Source of the DNA: Scyliorhinus canicula
Taxonomy: Eukaryota
Length of the DNA: 64,000 nucleotides
Assembly (NCBI RefSeq): GCF_902713615.1
Contig: NW_024055467.1
Location: forward strand, 62,001 to 126,000
Reading direction: 5' to 3'
The notes under the pieces were generated by a model that was given only the letters and a program-made list of their open reading frames with translations, searched no databases and had not been told where the DNA came from. The translations under genes and the position numbers were made by a program. Each line of letters starts with the position of its first letter. Position 1 is the stretch's first letter. This document shows, in pieces, positions 35,275 to 47,599 of the stretch.

Positions 35275-36092
35275 AAGGAAGTGACTTGCACAAGTTGAGT
35301 GAGTGGGCAAATGAAAGGATGCAGTAAAATATGGAGAAATGCGAGGTTATCCACTTTTGTAGCAAAAACAAGAAGGCAGACGATTAGCTGAATGGCCATA
35401 AATTAGGAGAGGGGAATGTGCAACGAGACCTGGGTGTCCTCGTACACCTGTCACTGAAGGTAAACATGCAGCTACAGCAGGCGGTACAGGAGCAGGAATA
35501 TCTTGCTGTCATTATACAGGGTCTTGGCGAGGCCATACCTGGAATATTGTGAGCAGTTTTGGCCTCCTTATCTGAAGCAGGATGTTCTTGCTCAAGAGGG
35601 AGTGCAGAGAAGGTTTACCAGACTGATTCCTGGGATGGTGGGACAGACGTATGAGAGATTGAATCAGTTAGGTTTGTATTTGCTGGAGTTCCGAAGAATG
35701 GGGGATCTCATAGAAATCTATAATATTCCAACAGGACTTGACAGGGTAGATGTGGCAAAGATTTTCCCGATGGTGGGAGTGTACAGAACCAGAGGTTGCA
35801 GTCTGAGGATACGGGGTAGACCACTGAGTTCAGAGATGAGGAGACATTTCTTCAACCAGAGAGTGGTGAGACTGTGGAATTTGTTACCACAGGAAATAGT
35901 TGAGGTCAATACATTGTATGTTTTCAAGAAGCAGTTAGATATCGCACTGAGGGCAAAGGGGATCAAAGGATATGGAGGGGAAAGCGGGATTAGGCTATGG
36001 AGTTGGATGATAAGCAATGATCATAATGAATGGCGGAGCAGGAGCAAAGGGCCAAATGGTCTCTTCCTGCTCCTATTTTCTATGTTTCTATG
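35275..36092 (+). mobile_element. CR1 LINE 3' fragment (older than the duplication)
   Basis: LYRVLARPYLEYCEQFW...VQRRFTRLIPG; mirror copy at 57140-57710. Confidence 0.9.
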
Positions 36093-36110
36093 TAATCCCT
36101 TCCCACACTA

Positions 36111-37401
36111 GAACATAGAACATTACAGCGCAGTACAGGCCCGTAGGCCCACGATGTTGCGCCGTCCTGTGAAACCCCTCTAAAGTCCTTCTACACTATT
36201 CCCTTATCGTCCATATGCCTATCCAATGACCATTTGAATGCGTTTAGTGTTGGTGAGTCCACTACTGTTGCAGGCAGGGCATTCCACGCCCTTACTACTC
36301 TCTGGGTGAAGAACATACCTCTGACATCTGTCCTATATCTATCTCCCCTCAATTTAAAGCTATGTCTGCTCGTGCTGGACATTACCATCCGAGGAAAAAG
36401 GCTCTCAATGTCCACCCTATCTAATCCTCTGATCATCTTGTATGCCTCAATTAAGTCACCTCTTAACCTTCTTCTCTCTAACGAAAACAGCCTCAAGTCC
36501 TTCAGCCTTTCCACATAAGATCTTCCCTCGATACCAGGCAACATCCTTGTAAATCTCCTCTGCACCCTTTCCAATACTTCCACATAACGTGGCGACCAGA
36601 ACTGCACGCAATACTCCAAATGCGGCCGCACCAGAGTTTTGTACAACTGCAACATGACCTCATGGCTCCGAAACTAAATTCCTCTACCAATAAAAGCTAA
36701 CACACCGTACGCCTTCTTAACAACCCTCTCAACCTGGGTGGCAACTTTCAGGGATCTATGTACATGGACACCGAGATCTCTCTGCTCGTCCACACTACCA
36801 AGAATCTTACCATTAGCCCAGTACTCTGTCTTCCTGTTATTCCTTCCAAAATGAATCACCTCACACTTCTCTGCATTGAACTCCATTTGCCACCTCTACA
36901 GCTTATCTATGTCCCTCTGTAACTTGTAACATCCTTCTGCACTGTCCACAACTCCACCGACTTTAGTATCATCTGCAAATTTACTCACCCATCCTTCTAC
37001 GCCCTCCTCCAGGTCATTTATAAAAATGACAAACAGCAGCGGCCCCAAAACAGATCCTTATGGTACACCACTAGTAACTGGACACCAGTCAGAACATTTC
37101 CCATCAACCACCACCCTTTGTCTTCTATCAGCTAGCCAATTTCTGATCCAAACTGCTAAATCACCCTGAATCCCATGCTTCTGTATTTTCTGCAATAGCC
37201 TACCGTGGGGAACCTTATCAAATGCTTTACTGAAATCCATTTACACCACATCAACTGCTTTACCCTCATCCACCTGTTTGGTCACCTTCTCGAAGAACAC
37301 AATGAGGTTTGTGAGGCACGACCTACCCTTCACAAAACCATGTTGACTATCTCTAAGCAAATTATTCCTTTCCAGATGATTATACATCCGATCTCTTATA
37401 A
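36111..37401 (-). mobile_element. Young CR1 LINE insertion with 6-bp TSD
   Basis: MDFSKAFDKVPH, KFADDTK and LYKTLVRPHLEYCVQFW motifs; ACACTA at 36105-36110 and 37402-37407; absent from the right arm. Confidence 0.9.
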
Positions 37402-37404
37402 ACA

Positions 37405-37935
37405 CTAAGAGCAGGTGAATGGCCTCTCCTCAGTGTGAACTCGCTGATGTCTCTGCAGGTTGGATAACTGTGTGAATCCATTCCCACAGAGGGAGCAGGT
37501 GAATGGCTTCACCCCAGTGTGAACTCGCTGATGTTTCAGTAGGGTGGATGAATCAATGAATCCTTTCACACACTGAGAGCAGGTGAATGGCCTCTCCCCA
37601 GTGTGAATTCGCTGATGTCTCCGCAGGGTGGATGAATCAATAAATCCCTTCCCACATTGAGAGCAAGTAAACGGCTTCTCCCCAGTGTGAATTCGCTGGT
37701 GTAACTGCAGGGTGGATAATCGAGTGAATCCCTTCCCACACCGAGAGCAGGTGAATGGCTTCTCCCCAGTGTGAATTCGCTGGTGTGTCTGCAGGGTGGA
37801 TGACTGAGCAAATCCCTTCTCACACTGAGAGCAGGTGAACGGTCTCTCTCCAGTGTGACTGCGGCGATGAATCTCCAGCTTAGATGGGAATCTGTATCCC
37901 TTCCCACAGTCCCCACATTTCCATGGTTTCTCCAT
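37405..37935 (-). CDS. C2H2 zinc-finger protein ZNF-C, 176 aa from MEKPW, 6 fingers
   Basis: Open ORF ending at a CAG>TAG change in a seventh finger. Confidence 0.8.
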   Translation of the reverse strand: MEKPWKCGDCGKGYRFPSKLEIHRRSHTGERPFTCSQCEKGFAQSSTLQTHQRIHTGEKPFTCSRCGKGFTRLSTLQLHQRIHTGEKPFTCSQCGKGFIDSSTLRRHQRIHTGERPFTCSQCVKGFIDSSTLLKHQRVHTGVKPFTCSLCGNGFTQLSNLQRHQRVHTEERPFTCS

Positions 37936-39649
37936 GTTTTGGGTCTCCTCGTGTCTCTCCAGGTTGGACAATCAGTGGAAGCCTTGGCTACACACAGAAC
38001 ATGTGCACTGTCTCTCCTCACTGTGAATGGTGTGATGTTTTCAGGCTGTGTATCTGGTTGAAGTTCTTTCCACAGTCAGTTCACTGGAACACTCTCACTC
38101 GGGTGTGTGTTGTGTGGGTCTCGGTGCTTTTCCAGTCACACTCACATTAAAAAATTTTTGAAGCTCACAGATCGGACAAACATTTCTTCTTCTCGCCGAT
38201 GATATTCAGATCAGAAGGAATCGAGTGAGTTTGAGAAATCTGTCTATAATTCCTCCCCTTCCAATATCCTTTAAAAACAATTTACGAAAGTCATCAATTA
38301 GTACAGGATAGAAATTCAGAACAGACAATTCTAGTTTCGATGGAACTTTATTGCCTCTCTCGTTCTCCAAAAGCTGTAAATCTCCACCCCCCCCCCCCCC
38401 CCCCCCACCCCATTCTCACTCTGCTGTATCTAATATTCACCCTCCCAATTCTCCTGAAGGTGCTGATTCACGTTGATTGACAGATTCAACCTCAGCTCAC
38501 TGCTTCCTGACCAGGACACAGGGATTAAAATAGGAGTAAGAGTAGGCCATTCGGCCCACCGAGTCTGCTCAACCATTCAATGAGATCCTTGGCCGATCTA
38601 CCTCAGCACCATTTCCCACACGATCCCCTATCCCTCGATATCTTCAATATCTAGAAACCTATCAATATTTGTCTTGAACATATCTGATGACTGAGGCTCC
38701 ACATTCCTCTGGGGTAGAGAATTCCAAAGCTTCACCACATCCTCGAGTGAAGAAATCCCTCCTCACCTCAGCTTTCTCTCTATTTTCCTACCCGTTTCCC
38801 ATAACCCTTAACTCCATTGTCAATAAAATATCTGTCAAACTTGTGCTTCAATATATTCAATGACCCCCAGATACAACTGGTCCCTGTGGAAGAGAAATCC
38901 AAAGACTAACAACCCTCTGAGGGAAGAGATGACTGGAAATCTATAACGTAGCCACAGTCTTATATTACAAGGCGAGAAATAATAATAAATTTGCTTTATT
39001 ACAGAACGGTAAATAATATATCTAATCTGTACCATGTAACAACACCAGACACATCTCTGTCGATTGTTAATTTAATGTCCCCTGAAATGGCAGCCATCTC
39101 CTGGGGAACCCACCCCTTTAATTGTGAACATTAGGAAAGAAACCATCCTTTTAACCAGACAAATAAATATGTCAAGCTGAGGGGGAGACCTGGACGACAA
39201 GGGAGAACAATAAATCAGAGGTCTCTCCGATGGCAAGGAAGTGAACCCTGGCAGGTGGGCGGGGAGGATTCACAAACACCCGCTGGAGGCCCCAAACCCC
39301 CAATAAGATCCATTGATTTTGTCAGTCTGCAGACAGGAGCTGGAGAACTGAACCCAGGCAGAGGAGAGGGAGGGAGAAAACTGGGAGTGAGATGGTGAGA
39401 TGGGTTTGGATTTCAGCCCAGGGAGAAGGGAGAGTGTGTGCGACGAGGATTTACAGCTTTGGGGGAACAAGAGAGGAAAGAATGTTCCAGAGAAACTAGA
39501 ATTGCCTGTTCAGAATTTCTATCCTGGACTGACAGTGATGGCTTTTGTAAACTCCTTTTACAGGGGATTAGAATGGGAGAATTTGCACACAACAAACTGA
39601 ACCCAACAGAAAGGTTTGTCTCTTTGCGAATTCTATCCTGCATTGACAG

Positions 39650-40490
39650 TGATGACTTATGTAAACTCCTTTTATAGGGGATTAGAAGGGGAGAATTTAC
39701 AGATAGAAACTCAAATCAAATTTCACATCAAGTTTTAACAGAATCACTCCATTCATCAGGACCTGAATATCATTGGCCTGTGAATGTAGAAGAAGAAATG
39801 TTTGTCTGTTCTGTCTGTAGGAAAACATTTTCAAGATAAGTGTGACTGTAAAAAAAACCAATACACACTCGACTCGAGTGAGTGTTCCATTGAACTGACT
39901 GTGGAAAGAGCTTTAATCAGTTCCAGTCTGAAAAAACATCACACCATCCAGAGAGAGGAGAGATCATACACGTGCTCTCTGTGGAGACAAAGGCGCCACG
40001 GTAGCACAGTGTGTAGCACTGTTGATTCTCAGCTCCAGGGACTTGGGTTCGATTCCCGATTTGGGCCACTGTCTGTGCGGAGTCTGCACGTTCTCCCCGT
40101 GTCTGTGTGGGTTTCCTCCGGGTGTTCCTGTTTCCTCCCACAAGTCCCAAAAAACGTGCTTGTTTGGTGATTTGGACATTCTGAATTCTCCCTCTGTGTA
40201 CCCGAACAGGCGCCAGAGTGTGTCGACTGGGGCTTTTCACAGTAACGTCATTGCAGTGTTAATATAAGCCCATTTGTTACACTAATAAAGTTTACTATTT
40301 AGTATTCAACTGATCGTCAAACGTGGAGAGGGACAAGGACACCAGCAGCATGTTGAAAACTTGGAAACGTGGGGACTGTGGGAAGGGATTCAGGTCCCCA
40401 TGTGAGCTGGAGATTCATCACCGTAGTCACACCGGCGACAGAGCATTCACCTGCTAAGTATGGGAAGGGATTCACTCAGCTATCCGAGGT
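39650..40490 (+). pseudogene. C2H2 ZNF pseudogene interrupted by a SINE (39992-40300) and truncated by L1
   Basis: [27 protein letters not shown], with the first Cys lost, then a frameshift. Confidence 0.8.
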
Positions 40491-41810
40491 GAGGATTTAC
40501 CAGGATATGGAAGCTGAGCTGGTGAGGAAGCGAGCGGCCTTTAATAAGGTTCAGGCTGCTCTATGTAAGAAAGGAGTTTGATTCGGGGCGGTATACCCAG
40601 CAAAGCTGCGGGTTACAAATCAGTCCAAAGACTTCCATTTCGTGATACTAGTGGAGGCGAATGCCTTTATTGTAAAGCATGGACTGAGTCTAGTTATCTG
40701 TATTGGACAAGATCTACATTCCTGTGGGGTGGGATGGGTGTTGTGATATCCTCGATATAGTTTTTGACATTTTCTGATAGAATCTATTTTTCTGTGTGGG
40801 GATGAAGAGAGATTTTCTTTACAAAGCACAACGTAGATCTGTGTGGGTGGGTGGTGGGGGGAGGGGGGGGGGGGGGGGGGGGGAGGACGGCCCCCATTGG
40901 AAATTGAGTCTAGTAAGGGACTGCATTCTGAAATATGTTTTATTCACGCAGTGGGCAATATTGTTGTTTTTATTTTCTTGTTGTCCTGAGAGGAGTTTCC
41001 CTACCAGCAGTCAGCTGGTGAATGGGAGTGAGATTGGGGGGGGGGGGGGGTGTAGCTGCAGCTGGTGAACCAGTTTTGGCTGGTTCAACAAGCTCAGCGT
41101 CAGGGCCGGAGCCGGGGGGGGGAGGGTGGTTTTGGATTCAATGTGTGTGTCTAGGTGAGGCGTTGGTGAAAACTGGGGCAGGGGGGTTAGTTTGCTGATG
41201 ATGACTATAAAACTGTTTTTGTTTTACTCTGAAGATGTGTGCGCGTGGCGGTCATCTTGGGTGGACCCTTGGCCTGTACTTTTTGAAGATTTGCTGGATA
41301 GTCCCTCACGGTGGAAATGGCTGATTCCGTGATGGGGGCTGGTGCGGAGACTCTTGATTCAGGGCTGGTCATCTGGAACGCAAGGGGATTGGGTGGACCA
41401 GTGAAGGTCAAGGGTTTTCGCTCACCTAAAGAATCAAAATGCTGGTGTGGTATCCTTGCAGGAGACTCATTTGCAGGTTAGAGATCAGACCAGACTGCGG
41501 AGGGGTGAGCCAAGTGTTTCACTCGGGCTTTGACAAAGGGTTTGAGGTGCTGCAATTCTAATCAATAAACAGATCCCTCTTTCAGTCACTAGGATCATTG
41601 CGGACGCTAATGGGAGATACGTGGTGGTCAGTGGGTCGTTGGCAGATACATTGGTGGTGCTGGTGAATGGCTAAGTCCCTAACTGGGACGATGTGGCATT
41701 TGTAAAAAAAATTGTTGGGATCCATCCCAGACCTGGATACACATCAATCAATGCTTGGCAGAGACTTCACTTGTGTACTGGATCTGGAAATGGACTGGTC
41801 CAAGCCCATT
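40488..41810 (+). mobile_element. L1 fragment: ORF1 end, spacer and ORF2 endonuclease start
   Basis: VRIYQDM...RKRAAF...YPAKLRV (ORF1); IWNARGL, LQETHL and GRYVVVSG (APE endonuclease). Confidence 0.85.
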
Positions 41811-42459
41811 CAACCGCTATAAAAACACAATAACGGAGTGGAATCTGGGCGGACCATCTGACATGACCCAGGCACCGGAAACGACAACAGCGAACCCGGA
41901 AAAAAGATAAATCAATCTGTTCCCATCAGTAGATTGTTAAAGAATTGTGGGACACAGATTTCAGATTGTGAGCAAGATCTACAGGGAGGATACGAGGAAG
42001 AAATTTTACAGAGTGAGTGATAATGATATGGAACTCAATGCTTACACACAAAGGTCGATAATCTCCAGGTCCTGATAACTCGAATGGTGCTGTCAGAATT
42101 TGATGTGAGGATTGGTTGTGAGTTTCCTGTCTGCAAATCCCTTTCTAAGTCCCTATGAAAGAAGTTTACAAAGGCATCACTGTCAGTCCAGAAATGAAAT
42201 TCCGGAAAGATAAACATTTCTCCTGGTTTGAATTTGCTGTGTGTAAATCCTCCCCTACTAATCCCCTGTAAAAGGAGATTCCAAAATTAATCACCGTCAG
42301 TCCAGGATAGAAATTCACAACATTCTCCCCTCCTGTTCACGGGTCCAGGATGACCGCTCATGCCCCCCCCCCCCTGCCCCTGCCCCCCCCCCCTGCCCCT
42401 GCCCCTGCCCCTGCCCCTGCCCCGCTGCACACTGATCCTCTCGTCATCAACAGTCCCCT

Positions 42460-42725
42460 GATTTGAGGGTGATGTTGACTCAGGATTGTGAATTTCCACC
42501 CTGGGTCTTCATGTGGCTGAACAGAGCCGCAGAGCTTTGGACACATGGGGCAGGAGTTCCAATGAGAGAGTGAAATCTGGAGAGCAGGATTGGCTTCCTT
42601 TTCTTTCCATCTCTGCCACCGCTTTGCATCATCAATAAGACATTGGGACTCAAAGACTAATCCAGTTTGATGGACAAGTTGTCTCCATTCTGAACAATGG
42701 GGAACAAGCTCCTCCCACTCATTGA
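42460..42725 (-). mobile_element. RTE-clade LINE C-terminal remnant (mirror copy 52060-52370, +)
   Basis: WEEL....SEWRQLV...G..FE......KR.QR.KE...CPMCPKLC pattern. Confidence 0.55.
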
Positions 42726-42749
42726 AACGTCGCCCCGACAAAAATGAGA

Positions 42750-43135
42750 AACGCGCATGCGCCCTGATGCACATTCAATAAAGATGGCGGCCGTCAACCC
42801 GAGCCGAACATTAACTGCAGCCCCGTTCAGTACAAACTGTATTCGGAAACCTCTTTTCCGAGGATTGCAGCTTACAACAGCTTTACAGGACGTTTCCGCC
42901 CACTCCCGCGATCTCTCACTCCCTCCATGTTGTTAAACGCCTTTTACCAATTCCGGATCTAAATATACAGCCCTTCTCCTTCGCCATTACTCACACTGCG
43001 CATGCTTCAATCACAGAGGGCCCCGCCCCTCATTCACTCCGATTGGTTGGAGGACGAGCCGCTCTTGGTCGGTCGGTCCTCCAGTCTCGCCCCTCCTCGT
43101 CCTATTGGTCGGGAGCCGCCGTCAATCACCCGGGT
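42750..43135. promoter_or_regulatory. CpG-island promoter of the left arm
   Basis: NRF1 at 42753-42762, YY1 at 42781-42790, a second NRF1-like TGCGCATGC near 42998, a GC box near 43021 and two CCAAT boxes on -. Confidence 0.75.
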
Positions 43136-43442
43136 ATTGTGACGGTTCCAGATGGTGAGAGTGGCCACAGGCTCAGGCTGACTGACTGATTGTCCAATAA
43201 TAACAGTGAGAGTCTCAGTGGGACAATCAGACAATAATAGTGGAGATGGGGCCCTGAGGAGAAACAACAAAGGATTCACTCACTTTGAGAGTATCAAACA
43301 CAGTGCCTGTTCCCATAATAAGAGTCAGGCTGCAATGTGTGAGTGAACACATAATTGGATCCAATGTAGAATCATAGAATTCCCTCAGTGCAGAAGGAGG
43401 TCATTCGGCCCATTGAGTCTGTAGCAACCCTCTGAAAGAGCC

Positions 43443-43635
43443 ATGGTGTGGAAATGCCTGCGTTGGACTGGGGTGAGCACAGTAATAAGTCTTACAACAC
43501 CAGTCCAAACATGGTTAAAGTCCAACATGTTTGTTACAAACACGAGCTTTCGGAGCACTGCTCCTTCCTCAGGTGAAAGCTCGTGTTTGAAACAAACATG
43601 TTGTGCTTTAAACTGGTGTTGTAAGACTTCTTACT
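43443..43635. mobile_element. Palindromic Penelope-derived element nested in an HE1 SINE (43370-43880, -)
   Basis: Inverted copies of the Penelope terminal repeat with the centre deleted. Confidence 0.75.
43541..43576 (-). ncRNA. Minimal type I hammerhead ribozyme (Penelope-associated)
   Basis: CAC-CUGAGGA-A-GGAGC(AGU)GCUCC-GAA-AGCU-C-GUG: intact core, stem II, palindromic stem III and CAC/GUG stem I. Confidence 0.7.
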
Positions 43636-44406
43636 CTGAAAGAGCACCCGACCTTGGGGAATTCCCCACCCTATCCCCGTAACATCTCCCAGGGACAATT
43701 TAGCACAGCCAATCCACCTAATCTGCACATTTTTGGACTGTGGGAGGAAACCAGAGCGCCCAGAAAGGAAATTTACGCAGATGCAGGAAAATGCCACAGA
43801 GACAGTGACCCAAGGTCGGAATTAATCATAGAATCTACAGCGCAGAAGGCGTCCATTCAGCCCATCGAGTCTGCACCGGCATCACCTGATCTGGCCAACT
43901 CACTGAAATATGGTTAATTCTGAATTGCCTAGCAAGCCACTCAGTTTTAGGACAATTAGGAATGGACAACCAAGCTGGTTTGCCCGTGACATTCACATCC
44001 CATAAAGATTAGAGAAAATCAAAGGGCTGTTTCCAGTGCCGGTTTCCAAGGAATCAGTACTGGGCCGTTCACTCCTGGTTTATATCATTGACTTGAAAGT
44101 AAATGTAGGAACATGAGGAAGAAGTTTACCTCTGACACAAAAATGATTGAACACTTGATAGTGAGGAAGAAAGCTGGAGGGAAAACAAGGCAAAGGATTT
44201 CATGATAAATGGCAGGACAGGACTAGTTAGGCCAGAGCTAAATTCCTGTGCACAGGAAGATTGCACTAGAGAGAGCACAGAGTGGATTTAAGAACATCAA
44301 CCAGAAATTGACAATGTTTGCTCTGAGAAAAGTTTGGATAAACTGGGGCTGTTTTCTTTGGAACAGAAAAGACTGAGGGGAGACCAAAATGAAATTTTGA
44401 AAATCA

Positions 44407-44479
44407 CCGCGGCTAGCTCAGTCGGTAGAGCATGGGACTCTTAATCCCAGGGCTGTGGGTTCAAGACCGACGATGGGCG
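44407..44479 (+). pseudogene. tRNA-Lys(CTT) pseudogene
   Basis: D and anticodon arms match vertebrate tRNA-Lys-CTT (anticodon 44440-44442); acceptor and T stems carry several mismatches. Confidence 0.85.
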
Positions 44480-44687
44480 CTTCAGCTTCTTTAATCTGAG
44501 AACATTGAGCTGCACTGTTTACGGTAGCACAGTGTTTAGCACTGTTGCTTAACAGCACAGGGTCCTGGGGTTCAATTCCCACTTGGGACACTGTCTGTGC
44601 AGAGTCTACATGTTCTCCCAGTGGCTGTATGGGTTTCCTCCCACAAGTCCTGAAAGACATGGTTGTTAGATGAATTAGACATTCAGC

Positions 44688-46058
44688 CACCTCCTCCACA
44701 GTAGTCCTCAACACCGGTGCCCCGCAAGGCTGCGTACCTAGCCCTCAACTATACTCCCTGTACACACACGACTGTGTGGCAAAACTTGGTTCCAACTCCA
44801 TCTACAAGTTTGCTAACGATAAGACCATAGTGGGCCGGATCTCGAATAACGATGAGTCCGAATACAGGAGGGAGATAGAGAACCTAGTGGAGTGGTGTAA
44901 CAACAACAATCTCTCTCTCAATGCCAGCAAAACAAAAGACCTGATCATCAACTTCAGGAAGCAAAGTACTGGACACACCCCTGTCAGCATCAACGGGGCC
45001 GAGGTGGAGATGGTTAGCAGTTTCAAATTCCTAGGGGTGTACATCACCAAAAATCTGTCCTGGTCCACTCACGTCAACACTATCACCAAGAAAGCACAAC
45101 AGCGCCTATACTTCCTCAGGAACCTAAGGAAATTCGGCATTTCCACATTAACCTGTACCAACTTTTACAGATGCACAACAGAAAGCATCCTATCAGGCTG
45201 CATCACAGCCTGGTATGACAACTGCTCGACCCAGGACCGCAAGGAACTTCAGAGAGTCGCGAATACCGCCCAGTCCATCACACGATCCTGCCTCCCATCC
45301 ATGGACTCCATCTACACCTACCGCTGCCGGGGGAAAGCGGGCAGCATAATCAAGGATCCCTCCCACCCGGCTTACTCACTTTTCCAACTTATTCCATCGG
45401 GCAGGAGATTCAGAAGTCTGAGAACACACAGGAACAGACTCAAAAACAGCTTCTTCCCCACTGTCACCAGACTCCTAAAGGACCCTCTTATTGACTGACC
45501 TCATTAATACTACACCCTATATGCTTCAACCGATGCCAATACTTATGTAGTTACTTTTTTTTTAGAACAGTACAGCACAGAACAGACCCTTCGGCCCTCG
45601 ATGTTGTGCCGAGCCATGATCACCCTACTCAAACCCACGTATCCACCCTATACCCGTAACCCAACAACCCCCCCCCCTTAACCTTACTTTTTAGGACACT
45701 ACGGGCAATTTAGCATGGCCAATCCACCTAACCCGCACATCGTTGGACTGTGGGAGGAAACCGGAGCACCCGGAGGAAACCCACGCACACACGGGGAGGA
45801 CGTGCAGACTCCGCACAGACGGTGTCCCAGCCGGGAATCGAACCTGGGACCCTGGAGCTGTGAAGCATTTATGCTAACCACCATGCTACCGTGCTGCCCA
45901 CTATCTTGTGTTGCCCTATTATGTATTCTCGTGTATTTTCTTGAATTTTGTTTAATTCCCTTTTCTACCATGTACTGAATGATTTGTTGAGCTGCTTGCA
46001 GAAAAATACTTTTCACTGTACCTCGGTACACGTGACAATAAACAAATCCAATCCAATC
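44688..46058 (+). mobile_element. Rex1/Babar-type LINE 3' portion with nested HE1 (45562-45899, -)
   Basis: LNTGAPQGCV.SP.LYSLYTHDC, KFA.D, KKAQQRLYFLR and RLKNSFFP motifs; tail CTTTTCACTGTACCTCGGTACACGTGACAATAAA(CAATC)n. Confidence 0.85.
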
Positions 46059-46305
46059 TTTCTGTTTTTTTCAATCTCTCAGATCTTCTCTCAGTCTGTC
46101 TCTCTCCTTTCCTCCGTATCTCTCTCGATCTCTGTCTGTTCCTATTCAATTGAGGTCTTCAAATCATGAAGTGTTTGTGATAGATTGAAGAAAGAAAAAG
46201 AAGGAGAAAAACAGAAAGTGTTGGAAAAACTTTTCTTTTTTTTGTATGTTGGAAAAACTCAGTAGTTCTGGCAGCATCGGTACAGAGAGAAACAGAGTCT
46301 TTGAA

Positions 46306-46985
46306 ATCAGAGAATTTACAGTGCAGAAGGAGGCCATTCAGCCCATCAAGTCTGCACTGGCTCTTGGAAAGACCACTCGACCCAAGCCCACACCTCCACC
46401 CTATCCGCATAACCCAGTAACCCCAACCAACACTAAGGGCAATTTAGCATAGCCAATCCACCTAATCTGCACATCTTTGGACTGTGGGAGGAAACCGGAG
46501 CACCCGGAGGAATCCCACACACACATGGGGAGAACGTTTAGGGCAGCAGGGTAGCATGGTGGTTAGCATCAATGCTTCACAGCTCCAGGGTCCCAGGTTC
46601 GATTCCCGGCTGGGTCACTGTCTGTGTGGAGTCTGCACGTCCTCCCCCTGTGTGCGTGGGTTTCCTCCGGGTGCTCCGGTTTCCTCCCACAGTCCAAAGA
46701 TGTGCGGGTTAGGTGGATTGGCCATGCTAAATTGCCCGTAGTGTCCTGGTTAAGGGGGGGGGGGGGTTGTTGCGTTACGGGTATAGGGTGGATATGTGGG
46801 TTTGAGTAGGGTGATCATGGCTCGGCACAACATTGAGGGCCGAAGGGTCTGTTCTGTGCTGTACTGTTCTATGTTCTATGTTCTAACGTGCAGACTCCGC
46901 ACAGACAGTGACCCAAGCCGGGAATCGAACCTGGAACCCTGGAGCTGTGAAGCAATTGTGCTAACCACTATGCTACCATGCTGCC
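46306..46985 (-). mobile_element. HE1 SINE containing an inverted nested HE1 (46541-46885, +)
   Basis: Host copy is split at AACGT, which appears on both sides of the insert. Confidence 0.85.
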
Positions 46986-47029
46986 TTGTGACTCTTCAGA
47001 GCCGGGTAAACCAGGATTGTCCCTCTGAT

Positions 47030-47211
47030 ATGAAATGAAAATCGCTTATTGTCACGAGTAGGCTTCAATGAAGTTACTGTGAAAAGCCCCTAGTCGCCAC
47101 ATTCCAGCGCCTGTCCGGGGAGGCTGGTACGGGAATCGAACTGTGTTGCTGGCCTGCTTGGTCTGCTTTTTTAAAAGCCAGCGATTTAGCTGAGTGAGCT
47201 AAACCAGCCCC
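47030..47211 (-). mobile_element. Short tRNA-derived SINE
   Basis: Homologous to 3268-3450. Confidence 0.8.
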
Positions 47212-47599
47212 TTCACCCAGAAGGTGAAGAGGAGATTTAATCGAGGTGTTTAAAATGAGGAAGGATTTGTGATAGTGTCGATGGGGAGAAACTGTTTCCC
47301 AAGAGCAGGAGGGTTTGTAACCAGAGGACACCGAGATTTAAGATATTTGACAACAGGATCCAAGGGGGTGATGATGAGAATTGTTTTTACACAGTAATGT
47401 GATGTGATCTGGAATTCACACTGACAGGCTGCTGGAAGAAGATTTCACAGTAACTTTCAAAGGGAATTGGGTAAACACTTACAGAGGGTAAATTGGCAGA
47501 GTTATGGTGAATGGGTTTAATTGGACAGTTCACTCATCGACTGTCATATGATAAGGGCAGATAATTATAACTTTGTTATTTTGTGTTTTGAGTTTTGTG

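Larger units (their letters stand above)
35045..43200. repeat. Left arm of inverted segmental duplication
   Basis: Collinear reverse-complement match to ~51595-59425 across promoter, RTE remnant, acceptor modules, ZNF pseudogene, ZNF gene and CR1s. Confidence 0.9.

Noticed and set aside
44407-44479. Functional tRNA-Lys gene
   Set aside because: Acceptor and T stems have several mismatches, so it is called a pseudogene.
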